This document shows, piece by piece, positions 17,719 to 27,937 of a stretch of 64,000 nt of DNA. Position 1 is the stretch's first letter, and each line of letters opens with the position of its first letter. Under the pieces are notes generated by a model, which made no database searches, was not told the DNA's origin, and saw only the letters and a program-made list of their open reading frames with translations. Origin of the DNA: an uncultured delta proteobacterium (lineage in GTDB: Bacteria; Desulfobacterota; Desulfuromonadia; Geobacterales; DSM-12255); the NCBI GenBank assembly GCA_963787125.1, contig CAWBBV010000001.1, positions 256,001 through 320,000 on the forward strand, read 5' to 3'. A program made the position numbers and the translations under genes.

Positions 17719-19059
17719 ATGGATTTCAAAAGTTTCGATTTTCACCCCTTGATCGCCGCCAGTGTGGACGCGGCAGGATACAGCACCCCCACACCTATTC
17801 AAGCACAGGCCATCCCGCCGGTCCTTCTGGGACAGGACGTCATGGGTCTGGCACAGACCGGCACCGGCAAGACCGCTGCCTTTGCCCTGCCGATCCTGCA
17901 GCGCCTCATGACCGGCCCCAAAGGGGTTGTCCGCGCCCTGATCGTCGCCCCGACCCGCGAGCTGGCCGAGCAGATTCATGAATCAATCAACTCTCTGGGC
18001 AAGAAAACCCACATCAGAAGCGTGACGATTTACGGCGGTGTCAACGTCAACCCCCAGATCAAGACGCTCAAGCAGGGGGTCGAAATAGTCGTCGCCTGCC
18101 CGGGGAGGCTCCTCGATCATATCGCCCAGGGGACCATCAACCTGTCCCGCCTGGAAGTGCTGGTATTGGACGAAGCTGACCAGATGTTCGACATGGGTTT
18201 TCTGCCAGACATCCGGCGGATACTCAAACAGATTCCGGCCAAACGGCAGACTCTCCTCTTCTCGGCCACCATGCCGCCCGATATCCGCTCCCTGGCCCAG
18301 GATATCCTCTCCAACCCGGTAACGGTGCAGGTGAGTAACCTGGCGCCGCCGGTAACGGTTGCCCACGCCCTCTATCCGGTAGCGCAGCATCTCAAGACCG
18401 GCCTGTTGCTGCAGCTGCTGCAGCACACCGATACCGATTCAGTCCTGATCTTTACCCGCACCAAACACCGCGCCAAAAGGCTCGGTGAGCAGCTGGAAAA
18501 AGCCGGCTACAAAGCGGCATCACTCCAGGGGAACCTGTCACAGAACCGCCGTCAGCAGGCGCTGGACGGCTTCCGCGACGGCACTTACCAGATTCTGGTG
18601 GCGACCGATATCGCCGCCCGCGGCATTGACGTCTCCCAGATTTCCCACGTGGTCAACTACGACATTCCGGACACACCGGAAGCTTATGTGCACCGGATCG
18701 GCCGGACCGGCCGGGCGGCAAAGAGCGGCGACGCCTTTACCCTGATAACCTCCGAAGATGCCCTCATGGTGCGCACCATCGAAAAGAAACTGGGAACGAC
18801 TCTGGAGCGGCGGACCCTGGCGGATTTTGATTACACCGTGCCGGCGCCCCACAAAGAGGTGGAATTCGCCCGCCCACCCCGCGAGCCCCATCACACCCGC
18901 CGGCCGGCTGCCGGTGCAAAGAGCGGCGGCGAGAAAAAACCCGCCAGGCCACAGCCGTCCGGCAATGCTCATCCTGTCCAGCCGAAAGCGGCCGCAGCCG
19001 CCAATAAAGCCGGCTTCACCCCGTCACGCCGTGGCCCGGTGCGACCGTCAGGCAGGTAA
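17719..19059 (+). CDS. rhlE: DEAD-box RNA helicase, RhlE-like
   Basis: AQTGTGKT, PTRELA, DEAD, SAT and HRIGRTGR motifs with a basic tail. Confidence 0.9.
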   Translation: MDFKSFDFHPLIAASVDAAGYSTPTPIQAQAIPPVLLGQDVMGLAQTGTGKTAAFALPILQRLMTGPKGVVRALIVAPTRELAEQIHESINSLGKKTHIRSVTIYGGVNVNPQIKTLKQGVEIVVACPGRLLDHIAQGTINLSRLEVLVLDEADQMFDMGFLPDIRRILKQIPAKRQTLLFSATMPPDIRSLAQDILSNPVTVQVSNLAPPVTVAHALYPVAQHLKTGLLLQLLQHTDTDSVLIFTRTKHRAKRLGEQLEKAGYKAASLQGNLSQNRRQQALDGFRDGTYQILVATDIAARGIDVSQISHVVNYDIPDTPEAYVHRIGRTGRAAKSGDAFTLITSEDALMVRTIEKKLGTTLERRTLADFDYTVPAPHKEVEFARPPREPHHTRRPAAGAKSGGEKKPARPQPSGNAHPVQPKAAAAANKAGFTPSRRGPVRPSGR

Positions 19060-19105
19060 GTTCGATCTTTTCACTGCCATAATCGGCTGACATTTCAGCA
19101 ACAGT

Positions 19106-19133
19106 AAAGGCGGCCGCAAGGTCGCCTTTTTTT
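19106..19133 (+). terminator. Intrinsic terminator
   Basis: AAAGGCGGCC-GCAA-GGTCGCCTTT followed by a T-run. Confidence 0.8.
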
Positions 19134-19216
19134 GTCTGCATTGGTCTCGGTTACGATTTTTGACAGCCTGCCAATGAACAAAGCCCCCGAAGGGGGCAGT
19201 AATACTAAAATGCGAT

Positions 19217-19288
19217 TTCCAACAAGACCGTCGGACGCCTACCGGGCTAAAAAGTCGCCCGGACGGGTCAACGGCCGAGCCGTTGGAC
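19217..19288 (+). mobile_element. Degenerate attC-like (integron cassette) site
   Basis: TTCCAAC...CCGGGC-N9-GCCCGG...GTTGGAC, a 72-bp imperfect palindrome with R''/R'-like ends. Confidence 0.4.
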
Positions 19289-19376
19289 GACAAAATCATG
19301 AATCTGAGTACTTGTATTGATCGTTTTATTGGTCTATATTTTGACTATAATAAGATCTATATAGGGAGCACTAAAA

Positions 19377-19667
19377 ATGAGAGCAATTTCAATCAGTAAT
19401 GACATTGTCCCAATTGCTGAATTTAAAACCAATATTTCCAAGTGGTTTAAAATACTTCAGACATCCAGACATCCGCTTATTATTACCCAAAACAGCAAAC
19501 CTGCAGGAGTTCTATTGTCCGCTGCAGATTATGACGAACTGGTGTACCGAAAATCATTTCTCGATTCCATTGAGAGGGGAATTTCAGACACAGAAAATGG
19601 GCAGACCCAAACGACTGACGAACTACGGAAATCTCTACAAGCACGAAGAAGTGTGGGAAACCCATGA
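19377..19667 (+). CDS. Phd/YefM-family antitoxin
   Basis: IVPIAEFKTN...PLIITQNSKPAGVLLS. Overlaps the downstream toxin (ATGA). Confidence 0.88.
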   Translation: MRAISISNDIVPIAEFKTNISKWFKILQTSRHPLIITQNSKPAGVLLSAADYDELVYRKSFLDSIERGISDTENGQTQTTDELRKSLQARRSVGNP

Positions 19668-19963
19668 GCGTAACGTGGTCGCGGGAAGCTGGCGAAAATC
19701 TGGTCGATATAGAGGAATTCATTGCACGTGACAGTGTGGAGCGTGCTGGCCGGTTTGTCGACACCCTGATTGATCATGCAGAGGCAATTTTATCTGATAA
19801 CCCGAGAAGCGGGAGGACAGTACCGGAAATAGGCAATTCTGACATTAGAGAGCTCATTTACCGAGGATATCGCATTGTCTACCGGTTGAATGGTGATCGG
19901 ATTGAAATACTTACCGTTTTTGAAGGGCATCGGCTATTGCGGCTCAATGAATCAGCCGATTAA
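19664..19963 (+). CDS. RelE/ParE-family toxin
   Basis: VTWSREA..NLVDIEEFIA...SGRTVPEIG..DIRELIYRGYRIVYR. Confidence 0.9.
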   Translation: MSVTWSREAGENLVDIEEFIARDSVERAGRFVDTLIDHAEAILSDNPRSGRTVPEIGNSDIRELIYRGYRIVYRLNGDRIEILTVFEGHRLLRLNESAD

Positions 19964-20163
19964 GAAATGATGAGTGCAGACACGAAAGATGAGGGGCTAT
20001 TTTTGAAAATATTCAGGAAACAGCCTTTCCTTTTATTTACACACAAAGGAAGTGTCCAACAGGTGGTGCGGTGAAGCCCGCACACCCTCAGCCACGTTCA
20101 GCGCCAAGAATGTCATGTCTCCTTTTAGAATTTTATCAACCAGGTCGTTAAATGGAGGACGAG

Positions 20164-20691
20164 ATGAAGATCAGTGTCTTTGTAGTCATATTGTTGGCCT
20201 TGAGCATTTCGGCCTTGGCCGACGACAGCAATTTCAGCAAGCACTTGTTTCCTAAATTCCAGGCCAAGGGGTGTACAACTTGCCATGACTTCTTCGAAAA
20301 GGACCGCGGGGGACTCGCCTTCAACAGCCATAAGGGACGTTCTGCGGATATGTGTGTGCATTGCCATACGCAGGGAATAACCGGTTTCAAGCATGCAGAT
20401 GATTGGTTCGCTCAACCGGATCTTTACACTTCGGGGATGGATTCACAACAAACGTGCGAGACCACAAAAACAGCACTTCATGCAAAGTTCAAAAACAATG
20501 AAATGGTGGCAAGACAGTTGGAACTTCATCTCTTTGAAGACCCTCGTGTACTGTGGGGTATCGAAGGCGCCACTCCCAAAAGCGGCACGCTGCCCGGCGG
20601 CGGGAAAGAAAAAGATTTGGTGAAAGAAGGCCTGCCGAAATGGAAGGATCAAGTCAGGGCCTGGATACAGGGGGGGATGAAGTGCGAATAG
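20164..20691 (+). CDS. Periplasmic diheme c-type cytochrome
   Basis: Signal peptide and two CxxCH motifs (CTTCH, CVHCH). Confidence 0.8.
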   Translation: MKISVFVVILLALSISALADDSNFSKHLFPKFQAKGCTTCHDFFEKDRGGLAFNSHKGRSADMCVHCHTQGITGFKHADDWFAQPDLYTSGMDSQQTCETTKTALHAKFKNNEMVARQLELHLFEDPRVLWGIEGATPKSGTLPGGGKEKDLVKEGLPKWKDQVRAWIQGGMKCE

Positions 20692-20862
20692 AGGACATCA
20701 AAAGCAGATGTTTTGGTTTAGGCATGGACCTATTACAGAGAATGGCCGAACACCCGGTTCCACTGGAGCGCGGAGTAAGGTAAAGAAGTCGCGTCGACAT
20801 TCTTCATTTATGCAATATGCAGGTGAGATCCATTGGGCCATTACGGATTGAAGAAGGCGTGA

Positions 20863-21327
20863 GTGACAACCATAAAGCTTAAAGTAACCACAGCTGTTAT
20901 CGGGACGTTACTCCTTACCGGCTGCGCCGGCAAGCATCTGTCCGTGGCTGATGGCGGCAAATTGTCGTTGGAAGGTTGTACTCCGCTACCGAACTGCGTT
21001 TCCAGCTCGACCTGGATTTTTTATAACGCCACCGAGCCGTTTGAGCTGATAATGCCGGCGAAAGACGCCTGGCCGCTAATCAAAGCAGTTGTGGCAAACA
21101 TGCCGCGCACTGAAATAGTCGAGCAAGACGACGTTTACCTTCATGCCAAATGCACCAGTCTGGTATTCAGATTTGTCGACAACCTGGAGCTGTTGCTGCA
21201 TCCGGAGCAAAAGAGCATTTCTGTTCGCTCATCTTCAACGTTTGCAATCTTTGATTTCGGTGCCAATCACTGGCGAATTCATAAGTTGCGGTCAGAGCTG
21301 GAGGGAATGAAGCTCATCAAGCAATGA
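20863..21327 (+). CDS. DUF1499 family lipoprotein
   Basis: Lipobox LTGC, CTPLPNCVSS, FRFVDNLE and DFGANHWRI. Confidence 0.85.
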   Translation: MTTIKLKVTTAVIGTLLLTGCAGKHLSVADGGKLSLEGCTPLPNCVSSSTWIFYNATEPFELIMPAKDAWPLIKAVVANMPRTEIVEQDDVYLHAKCTSLVFRFVDNLELLLHPEQKSISVRSSSTFAIFDFGANHWRIHKLRSELEGMKLIKQ

Positions 21328-21367
21328 AGAACTAAGGCTGAGTTATCATTTTTTCTCAAACCATGGT

Positions 21368-22996
21368 TCAGGCGATTTCCCCGTGAACCTTCTGCATGTA
21401 GTAACTATAGTCACCCTGATAGACCCGCATCTCGCCATGATCTATCTCTATAACGCGATCCACGAGAGAACGGAGAAAGTGGCGGTCGTGACTGACAAGC
21501 ACGACGGTGCCGGTGAAGTTTTTCAGGGTCTCCAGCAGGATCTCCCGCGACTTGATGTCCAGGTGGTTGGTCGGTTCATCAAGGATCAGAAAATTGACCG
21601 GTCTGGCCAGGAGCGTTGCCAGCACCACCCGGCTCTTCTCGCCACCGGAAAGATTCTCGATCCGCTTCTCCACATCGTCTCCGGAAAAGAGGAACGCACC
21701 GAGAAGATTTCTGATGACGCCGATATTAGCCCGCGGGATTACATCCTGAACGGTTTCGAAGACGGTCTTTTTGGGATCCAGCACCTCCATGGCGTGCTGA
21801 CTGAAATAGCCCAGCTCCACGTTTGCCCCGAGAGAAACTGTGCCACCGGTCGGCTCGGTCTGCGCCGCCATAACTTTCAGAAAGGTCGACTTGCCGGCGC
21901 CATTCACCCCGACAACAGCAATCTTCTCCTCACGGCGGATAATACCGGAAATGCCGCTGAAAACCTGCTTTTCAAGGCCGTCCGGTGTCTGCCAGCTCTT
22001 TGCCAGCTCCTCCATAATGACCACATTGTCACCGCTGCGGGGCGGCTCGCTGAAGCAGAAGCGAACGGTACGCTCTTCGGCCGGAATTTCGATCCGGTCG
22101 ATCTTTTCCAGCTTCTTCACCCGTGACTGTACCTGGGCCGCATGGGAGGCCCGGGCTGCAAAACGGGCAATGAACTCCTCTTCCTTGGCGAGCATATCCT
22201 GCTGGCGCTTATGACTGGCGATGAGCTGCTCGAAACGGATATCCCGCTCCTTTTCATAAAAGTCGTAATTGCCGCCGTAGGTCGTAACAGTCCGGTTGCT
22301 CACCTCGACAATACGGGTAACGATCCGGTTCATGAAGTCCCGGTCGTGACTGGTCATCAGCAGCGCCCCGCCGAATTCTGTTGCCAGCCACTCCTCCAGC
22401 CAGATGATCGACTCAACATCCAGGTGGTTGGTCGGCTCGTCCAAAAGGAGCACGTCGGGGTGGAGGGTGAGAATCTTGGCCAGGCCGATACGCATCTTCC
22501 AGCCGCCGCTGAACGATTCTACCGGGTGATTGAAGCGGTCCGGGCCGATGCCGAGGCCGGTGAGGACCGTCTGGGCACGGGTGTCAAGATCATAGCCGCC
22601 GCGATGCTCGAACTCTTCCTGGGCACTGCCGTAGCGCTCCAGGAGGGCCGCCATAGCATCGTCCTCCATCGGCTCGCACATGGCGCTCTCCATGCTTTTC
22701 AGCTCTTCTGCCAGCTGCATCGTCATGGCTGAACCGGCCATGACCTCTTCCAGGGCGGTCCTGCCTGCCATGTCGCCGATATCCTGGGAAAAGTAGCCGA
22801 TGGTGGTCTTTTTGGCAGAGGTTATTTCGCCGCTGTCAACCTCCTCCTCACCGGTAATGATCCTGAAGATGGTTGTCTTGCCTGCCCCGTTCGGGCCGAC
22901 CAGACCGGTTCTGGAGCCGGGAAGGATCTGAAAACTGGCGTCTTTGAAAAGTATCTGGGAACCGTGCTGCTTGTTGATGTTGGAAAGATGAATCAT
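21368..22996 (-). CDS. ABC-F family ATPase (ribosome-associated)
   Basis: Two ABC domains (GPNGAGKT, FSGGW, LDEPTNHLD; GVNGAGKS, LSGGE) with a linker and no TM segments. Confidence 0.93.
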   Translation of the reverse strand: MIHLSNINKQHGSQILFKDASFQILPGSRTGLVGPNGAGKTTIFRIITGEEEVDSGEITSAKKTTIGYFSQDIGDMAGRTALEEVMAGSAMTMQLAEELKSMESAMCEPMEDDAMAALLERYGSAQEEFEHRGGYDLDTRAQTVLTGLGIGPDRFNHPVESFSGGWKMRIGLAKILTLHPDVLLLDEPTNHLDVESIIWLEEWLATEFGGALLMTSHDRDFMNRIVTRIVEVSNRTVTTYGGNYDFYEKERDIRFEQLIASHKRQQDMLAKEEEFIARFAARASHAAQVQSRVKKLEKIDRIEIPAEERTVRFCFSEPPRSGDNVVIMEELAKSWQTPDGLEKQVFSGISGIIRREEKIAVVGVNGAGKSTFLKVMAAQTEPTGGTVSLGANVELGYFSQHAMEVLDPKKTVFETVQDVIPRANIGVIRNLLGAFLFSGDDVEKRIENLSGGEKSRVVLATLLARPVNFLILDEPTNHLDIKSREILLETLKNFTGTVVLVSHDRHFLRSLVDRVIEIDHGEMRVYQGDYSYYMQKVHGEIA

Positions 22997-23020
22997 GGCT
23001 ACTCCGTTAAAAATGCAAAT

Positions 23021-23048
23021 AAAAAACCACAGAGGCTGGCTCTGTGGT
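23021..23048 (-). terminator. Terminator-like hairpin between cvfB and the ABC-F gene
   Basis: Minus strand ACCACAGAG-N5-CTCTGTGGT followed by TTTTT. Confidence 0.65.
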
Positions 23049-23159
23049 CTGGTAGGTACAAAAAATATCACTTTTTGATTAATTGTGGCAAGTCCTAAAT
23101 CAGACAGTCCTAAATCAGAAAAGTTGTCCGCACTCCGGCGGCAAAGAACGTATCAGGAA

Positions 23160-24008
23160 TCAGTCCTTAGCGGACGCAAGCCGGATCTCTTCCTCGCTCA
23201 GCTTGATCAGACCATCCTTATACAGCCCCCCCACCGCCTTTTTAAAGGTCTTCTTGCTCATCCCCAGGATCCGCTGGATGACCGCCGGAGAGCTTTTGTC
23301 ATGGAGCGGCAGCAGACCGCCATTGGCCGCCAGCACCTTGAGAAGAACCTCCCGCGCATCCGACACCCCTTCTGCCCCTACCCTGCGGAGGGTGACGTCA
23401 AGCTTGCCGTCTTCGCGCAGACGCTTTACGTAGCCGGGAATTTCCATGCCGGTGAAACTGCCGACCGGCAGTTCGTCCTGATAGAGGAGGGCGGGGTAAC
23501 GGTTATTGACGATAACCTTGGCACCGAGATCGGTGAGCTGCCAGATGATCAGCTCTACCGGGTCACCCTCATCGAGATCGGGGCGGCCGTGGTCAAGACA
23601 GTCATCGATACGGCCATTGGCAAACGGCCGGCCCTGCTCATCGACGGATATTTTGACCAGATAACTCCAGTTAAGCTGCATCCGCTCCGGCTGGAGACTG
23701 AGCGGCACCAGCAGATCTTTTGCCAGGCCCCAGTCCAGGTAGGCGCCATGGGCCGTGATCGACTTTACCTTCAGGGTCGCAAATTCTCCGGACTGAGCCA
23801 GAGGCGGACGGCGTGTGGCTTGCAGTTCACCCGGAATAACCTGATAGAGAAACACTTCCAGTTGCTCGCCGGGGGCGGCATGAGGCGCTTCCCGCAGGGG
23901 CAGGTGCGCCAGAAGCTCGCCGGCATCAAGCCAGACCCCTTTCTTGTCAATCCTGGCAACTGTCAGGGTGTGCAGGCGACAAAGTTCCAGCTGTTCACTA
24001 TTCTCCAT
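23160..24008 (-). CDS. cvfB: CvfB-family S1 RNA-binding protein
   Basis: GAYLDWGLAKDLLVP, REDGKLD and C-terminal MSKKTFKKAVGGLYK. Confidence 0.88.
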   Translation of the reverse strand: MENSEQLELCRLHTLTVARIDKKGVWLDAGELLAHLPLREAPHAAPGEQLEVFLYQVIPGELQATRRPPLAQSGEFATLKVKSITAHGAYLDWGLAKDLLVPLSLQPERMQLNWSYLVKISVDEQGRPFANGRIDDCLDHGRPDLDEGDPVELIIWQLTDLGAKVIVNNRYPALLYQDELPVGSFTGMEIPGYVKRLREDGKLDVTLRRVGAEGVSDAREVLLKVLAANGGLLPLHDKSSPAVIQRILGMSKKTFKKAVGGLYKDGLIKLSEEEIRLASAKD

Positions 24009-24177
24009 GTGCTACTCCCTTATATAAATTACGCTTTTTTTCGAAAAACAGCTCTGCACTGCCGGTACGCTATTAACTTCACGCACTCACTCCGGATATT
24101 TCAGCACTGATCACGCATAGTAAGACCAATCGCGTTTCATGTCTACTTATCTGGTGTTAATGTCAGCAAGCAGAAAC

Positions 24178-24209
24178 AAAAAAAATGCGCAACCACGGAT
24201 AGTTGCGCA
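24178..24209 (-). terminator. Intrinsic terminator
   Basis: Minus strand TGCGCAAC-N8-GTTGCGCA followed by a long T-run. Confidence 0.7.
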
Positions 24210-24543
24210 CCAAGTTTATACTTTACTGCCAGGTTCGACTAGAACGGGAAAGTTCCATAACGAGTGTAAAGACAACTAAAACAATTATTATTACAGGAAG
24301 ATAGCTTTAAAAACCTGTAAAACTCGCTGTTTTGTAAATTCAACACTGCCTTATCCTCGAACTTTTCCCTTGTCTTTACAGAAGTTAGTTGTACTTTCTG
24401 GTATGTTTTGCCTAACTTATTAACGTAAAAGTGCTTTTTCGTACAAAAACCAAATGCGGGATGACTATTGAAGCACTGGCAGCTTGTCAATTACTCCTGC
24501 ACAAAACAACTATCAATTACCAGCAAGATGTTCTCCAGAGAAT

Positions 24544-25968
24544 TTACATAGCTTTCTTGTTATCGCCTGATATCACCGGCATGGCACCGCCAATCGCCTG
24601 GTACAGATTCATACAATTCTTGAGCCTGCTCAGCTTAATTACAGCAAGTGCCCTTTCGGCATCACGACGGCTCTCCTGGGCATCGAGCCACGACTGCAAG
24701 GCAGTTGAGCCTGCACGATAGCGAACCTCAACCAACTCCTCGGCCTTCTTTGCCAATGCCAATGATTCTTCCAGTTGTTTATGCTCCTCTTCGTAGTGAA
24801 TACGAGCGGATAAGGCATTTTCTACATCGCTGAGCGCAGAGTAAAGTGTCTGCCGGAAATTGACAACCGCTTCCTCGTACTCAGTCTTGGAAATCTCCAC
24901 ATTCAGCTTCATGGTATTCCACTGGATGAATGGTAGCGTCAAACCTGCTCCAAGGATGGCATACGGGTTTTTAAGCACTTCTGTCAGACTGGTGCTACTC
25001 GTTCCCAGAGTACCGGTAAGTGAGAAAGATGGATAGTAACTGGCACGAGTGCTATCGACGTTCGCCAGATATTTCTTAAGCCTCTGTTCCGCTGCCTGCA
25101 AATCGGGCCGCTGTCCTAGAATACTTGCTGGTACACCCGCATCAACTGTCGGGAGTGGTCCGTCTGGTAACGTTTTAAGGTCTGGCACATTGTTTTCCGG
25201 TGCCTGATTAAACAGTATCGCCAAAGCGTTGTGTGCTTCTGTAAGCTGTTGCAAAAGCTGCGTCAGCTGTGCTCGCTGGGTAGCAAGCGTTTGTTGCGCC
25301 TGAATCTTATCTATAGCTGAAACTGAACCGGCAGTGTATTTCACTTCAACCAGTTCCAGAATCTTCTCCGCATAAGCAATACTTGCCTCAACAGTCGAAA
25401 TCCGTTCATTCAAATAAGCAATCTGCCAGTAATTTGTGGCGGTAGTACCAATCAACGCAAGTGCAGTGCTTTGTCTATCCGATTCAGTTGCCTCTGCTTC
25501 CCAGTAACTGACATCTCGTGCGCTGGCAAGCTTTCCCCAGAGGTCCAGTTCATAACTCACCGTACCGGTAGCACCACTTGACTTTGTGTCGGAATGCCTC
25601 TTCAAGTCGCGGTTGATACTGCTATTAGCGCCAACACTTACCGAAGGAGTCAAGTTAGTATCGGTCAAACTTGCACTAAGTTGGGCACGGCGCACCCTGA
25701 TAGTAGCGGCTGCCAGATTATTGTTGGTCTTGAGTGCTCGTTCAATCAGTTCATTCAGGGTTGAATCGTTAAAATCTCGCCACCACTGCTCTCCGCTTGC
25801 AACAGTTTTGCCGGTGACACGTTCTTCTTGCCACTGTTGCGGCAATGCCACCTCCGGTCGCGTGTACTGACTACGAGGGAGTAAGCCGCTACATCCGCTG
25901 AGCAAGAATATTGCTGTGAGCAAAAGGACAATCTGATTCAATTGGTAATGGATGAAATATCTTTTCAT
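24544..25968 (-). CDS. Outer-membrane efflux lipoprotein (NodT/TolC family)
   Basis: Lipobox LSGC, WWRDFND, SYELDLWG, RPDL and LYQAIGG. Confidence 0.92.
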   Translation of the reverse strand: MKRYFIHYQLNQIVLLLTAIFLLSGCSGLLPRSQYTRPEVALPQQWQEERVTGKTVASGEQWWRDFNDSTLNELIERALKTNNNLAAATIRVRRAQLSASLTDTNLTPSVSVGANSSINRDLKRHSDTKSSGATGTVSYELDLWGKLASARDVSYWEAEATESDRQSTALALIGTTATNYWQIAYLNERISTVEASIAYAEKILELVEVKYTAGSVSAIDKIQAQQTLATQRAQLTQLLQQLTEAHNALAILFNQAPENNVPDLKTLPDGPLPTVDAGVPASILGQRPDLQAAEQRLKKYLANVDSTRASYYPSFSLTGTLGTSSTSLTEVLKNPYAILGAGLTLPFIQWNTMKLNVEISKTEYEEAVVNFRQTLYSALSDVENALSARIHYEEEHKQLEESLALAKKAEELVEVRYRAGSTALQSWLDAQESRRDAERALAVIKLSRLKNCMNLYQAIGGAMPVISGDNKKAM

Positions 25969-25975
25969 AGCTTTA

Positions 25976-27937
25976 TTACTCCCTTGCCAGCGCTTCGATA
26001 GGGTCAAGCTGTGCCGCATTACGAGCTGGCAAGAATCCGAATACAACCCCGATTACTGTCGAACAAAAGAAAGCGGAGACGATTGATACAATGGAAAACT
26101 TCATGGCGAAGCTTTTAACTAACAGTGAGAAGATTAGCCCAACTCCGTAGGAGAGAACGATACCAATCATTCCGCCAATCAGGCATACCATCACCGATTC
26201 AATCAGAAACTGCTGCATGATATCATCCTGCCGCGCTCCGACAGCCATCCTGATACCAATCTCGTGCGTCCGCTCGGTGACTGAAACCAGCATAATATTC
26301 ATAACACCTATACCACCGACCACCAGTGAAATTACCGCGATAGCCGAAATCATCAAAGTCAGAGTCGCGGTAGTTTTATTCACGGTTTTCATGATGCTGT
26401 CGCTGCTATTGGTGAAGAAGTCCTTGCGACCGTGCCGCTGTTTAAGCAGATTGATGATGCTTTGCTCCGCGACCTGATTCGATGTGCCTTCAGTGACTCT
26501 GACCGTTATGGAGTTAAAATACTGCTGCCCTAATAGTCTGCTCATGGCAGCGCTATACGGAATCCATACTTGCAGGTTCTGACTGTTACCGAAAGGGCCT
26601 TCCTTTTCCTTGGTTACCCCGATGATGCGACAGGGTAGCTCCCCAAGAAAGATGACCTTGCCTATCGGGTCTTCCTTGGCAAAAAACTTAGTGCTGGTGT
26701 TCTTATCTATTACCACTACTTGAGATTGCTGATTTACATCTCCCGCGTTGAATGCAGCACCTTGAGCAATTTCGTACCCCTTGACACGGAAGTATTGCTC
26801 ACCAACACCGCTGAGCGAAGCATTAGCCGTGACGTTACGGTAGCGGAGTAACTGACTGCCACCGACTGTCGGGGTAGCGCTATCAACGTAGACCTGACCT
26901 TTCAAAACCTCAAGGTCAGAGGGAATCAACGTCTGAATACTGGCAGCATCCTCATCGCCCCAATCCTTACCCGGATTGATATCAATGACATTTGTTCCCA
27001 TGGAACTGATATCGTTAATGACTTTCTGTCGTGCTCCTTGTCCCAGTGCTACCACCGAAACCACCGAAGTAATGCCGATGATTATTCCAAGCATGGTCAG
27101 CAGTGTCCGCATCCGATGAGAAGTCAAGGCTATCAGGGCTATCTTGAATGCCTCGGCAAAACGCCCCCAGTTAGCCTCAATAAAGGTGCCAGGCTTTTCT
27201 ACCGACCTCTTGTCCGGCAGACTCTGCACTCCCAAAGCCTGAACATCAGGGTTCGGTTGGTCCCTGAGAATCTTGCCATCGCTGATTTCAATAATCCGTT
27301 CGGCGTGGTTGGCTACCTGCATGTCATGGGTAACCAGAATGATGGTATGTCCACGAGCATGCAGTTCATGGAGAACACTCATCATCTCCTGACCACTTTT
27401 GCTGTCCAGTGCGCCGGTCGGCTCGTCCGCCAGGATTACGTCGCCACCGTTCATCAACGCACGGGCTATACTCACGCGCTGTTGCTGTCCGCCAGAAAGC
27501 TGGTTGGGGCGGTGAGCGAACTTATCTCCAAGACCAAGTCGGGTTAGTATCTCTTCTGCTCGTATTCGCCGCCTACTTTTATTCACCCCTGAATAGATTG
27601 CCGGTATTTCGGTATTCTGAGTGGCGGTCAAGTGCGGCATCAAATGATAGCGCTGAAAGATGAACCCGAAGTACTCACGCCGCAACCTAGCCAGTTCATC
27701 GCCTGATAGCTTACCGGTTTCCTGACCATCAACCCGGTAGCTTCCCGCACTAGGGCGGTCAAGACAACCAAGGATATTCATCAGGGTTGATTTTCCTGAA
27801 CCGGAAGCGCCAACAATCGCCACCATCTCGCCACGACCTATGGATAGGTCGATTCCTTTCAGTACAGGCATATCCTGTCCGCCTGTGACGAAACTACGAC
27901 CTATTCCTACAAGTTCAAGTAATGGTTTCTTCATCAT
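25976..27937 (-). CDS. macB: MacB-type ABC exporter (ATPase-permease fusion)
   Basis: [34 protein letters not shown] and [17 protein letters not shown]. Confidence 0.95.
   Translation of the reverse strand: MMKKPLLELVGIGRSFVTGGQDMPVLKGIDLSIGRGEMVAIVGASGSGKSTLMNILGCLDRPSAGSYRVDGQETGKLSGDELARLRREYFGFIFQRYHLMPHLTATQNTEIPAIYSGVNKSRRRIRAEEILTRLGLGDKFAHRPNQLSGGQQQRVSIARALMNGGDVILADEPTGALDSKSGQEMMSVLHELHARGHTIILVTHDMQVANHAERIIEISDGKILRDQPNPDVQALGVQSLPDKRSVEKPGTFIEANWGRFAEAFKIALIALTSHRMRTLLTMLGIIIGITSVVSVVALGQGARQKVINDISSMGTNVIDINPGKDWGDEDAASIQTLIPSDLEVLKGQVYVDSATPTVGGSQLLRYRNVTANASLSGVGEQYFRVKGYEIAQGAAFNAGDVNQQSQVVVIDKNTSTKFFAKEDPIGKVIFLGELPCRIIGVTKEKEGPFGNSQNLQVWIPYSAAMSRLLGQQYFNSITVRVTEGTSNQVAEQSIINLLKQRHGRKDFFTNSSDSIMKTVNKTTATLTLMISAIAVISLVVGGIGVMNIMLVSVTERTHEIGIRMAVGARQDDIMQQFLIESVMVCLIGGMIGIVLSYGVGLIFSLLVKSFAMKFSIVSIVSAFFCSTVIGVVFGFLPARNAAQLDPIEALARE

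Noticed and set aside
19150..19200. IS-end-like TTTTGACAGCCTG and small hairpin
   Set aside because: No partner inverted repeat, transposase or target duplication.
23085..24110. Long antisense ORFs (also 2123-2848, 16049-16939, 34476-35312, 37139-37864)
   Set aside because: They lie fully antisense to well-supported genes and have no recognisable motifs, as is typical in GC-rich coding DNA.
24239..24721. ORFs 24239-24490 and 24431-24721
   Set aside because: AT-rich intergenic or antisense frames with no RBS or recognisable domain. Only the terminal PF* resemblance to ssb was kept, as a finding.
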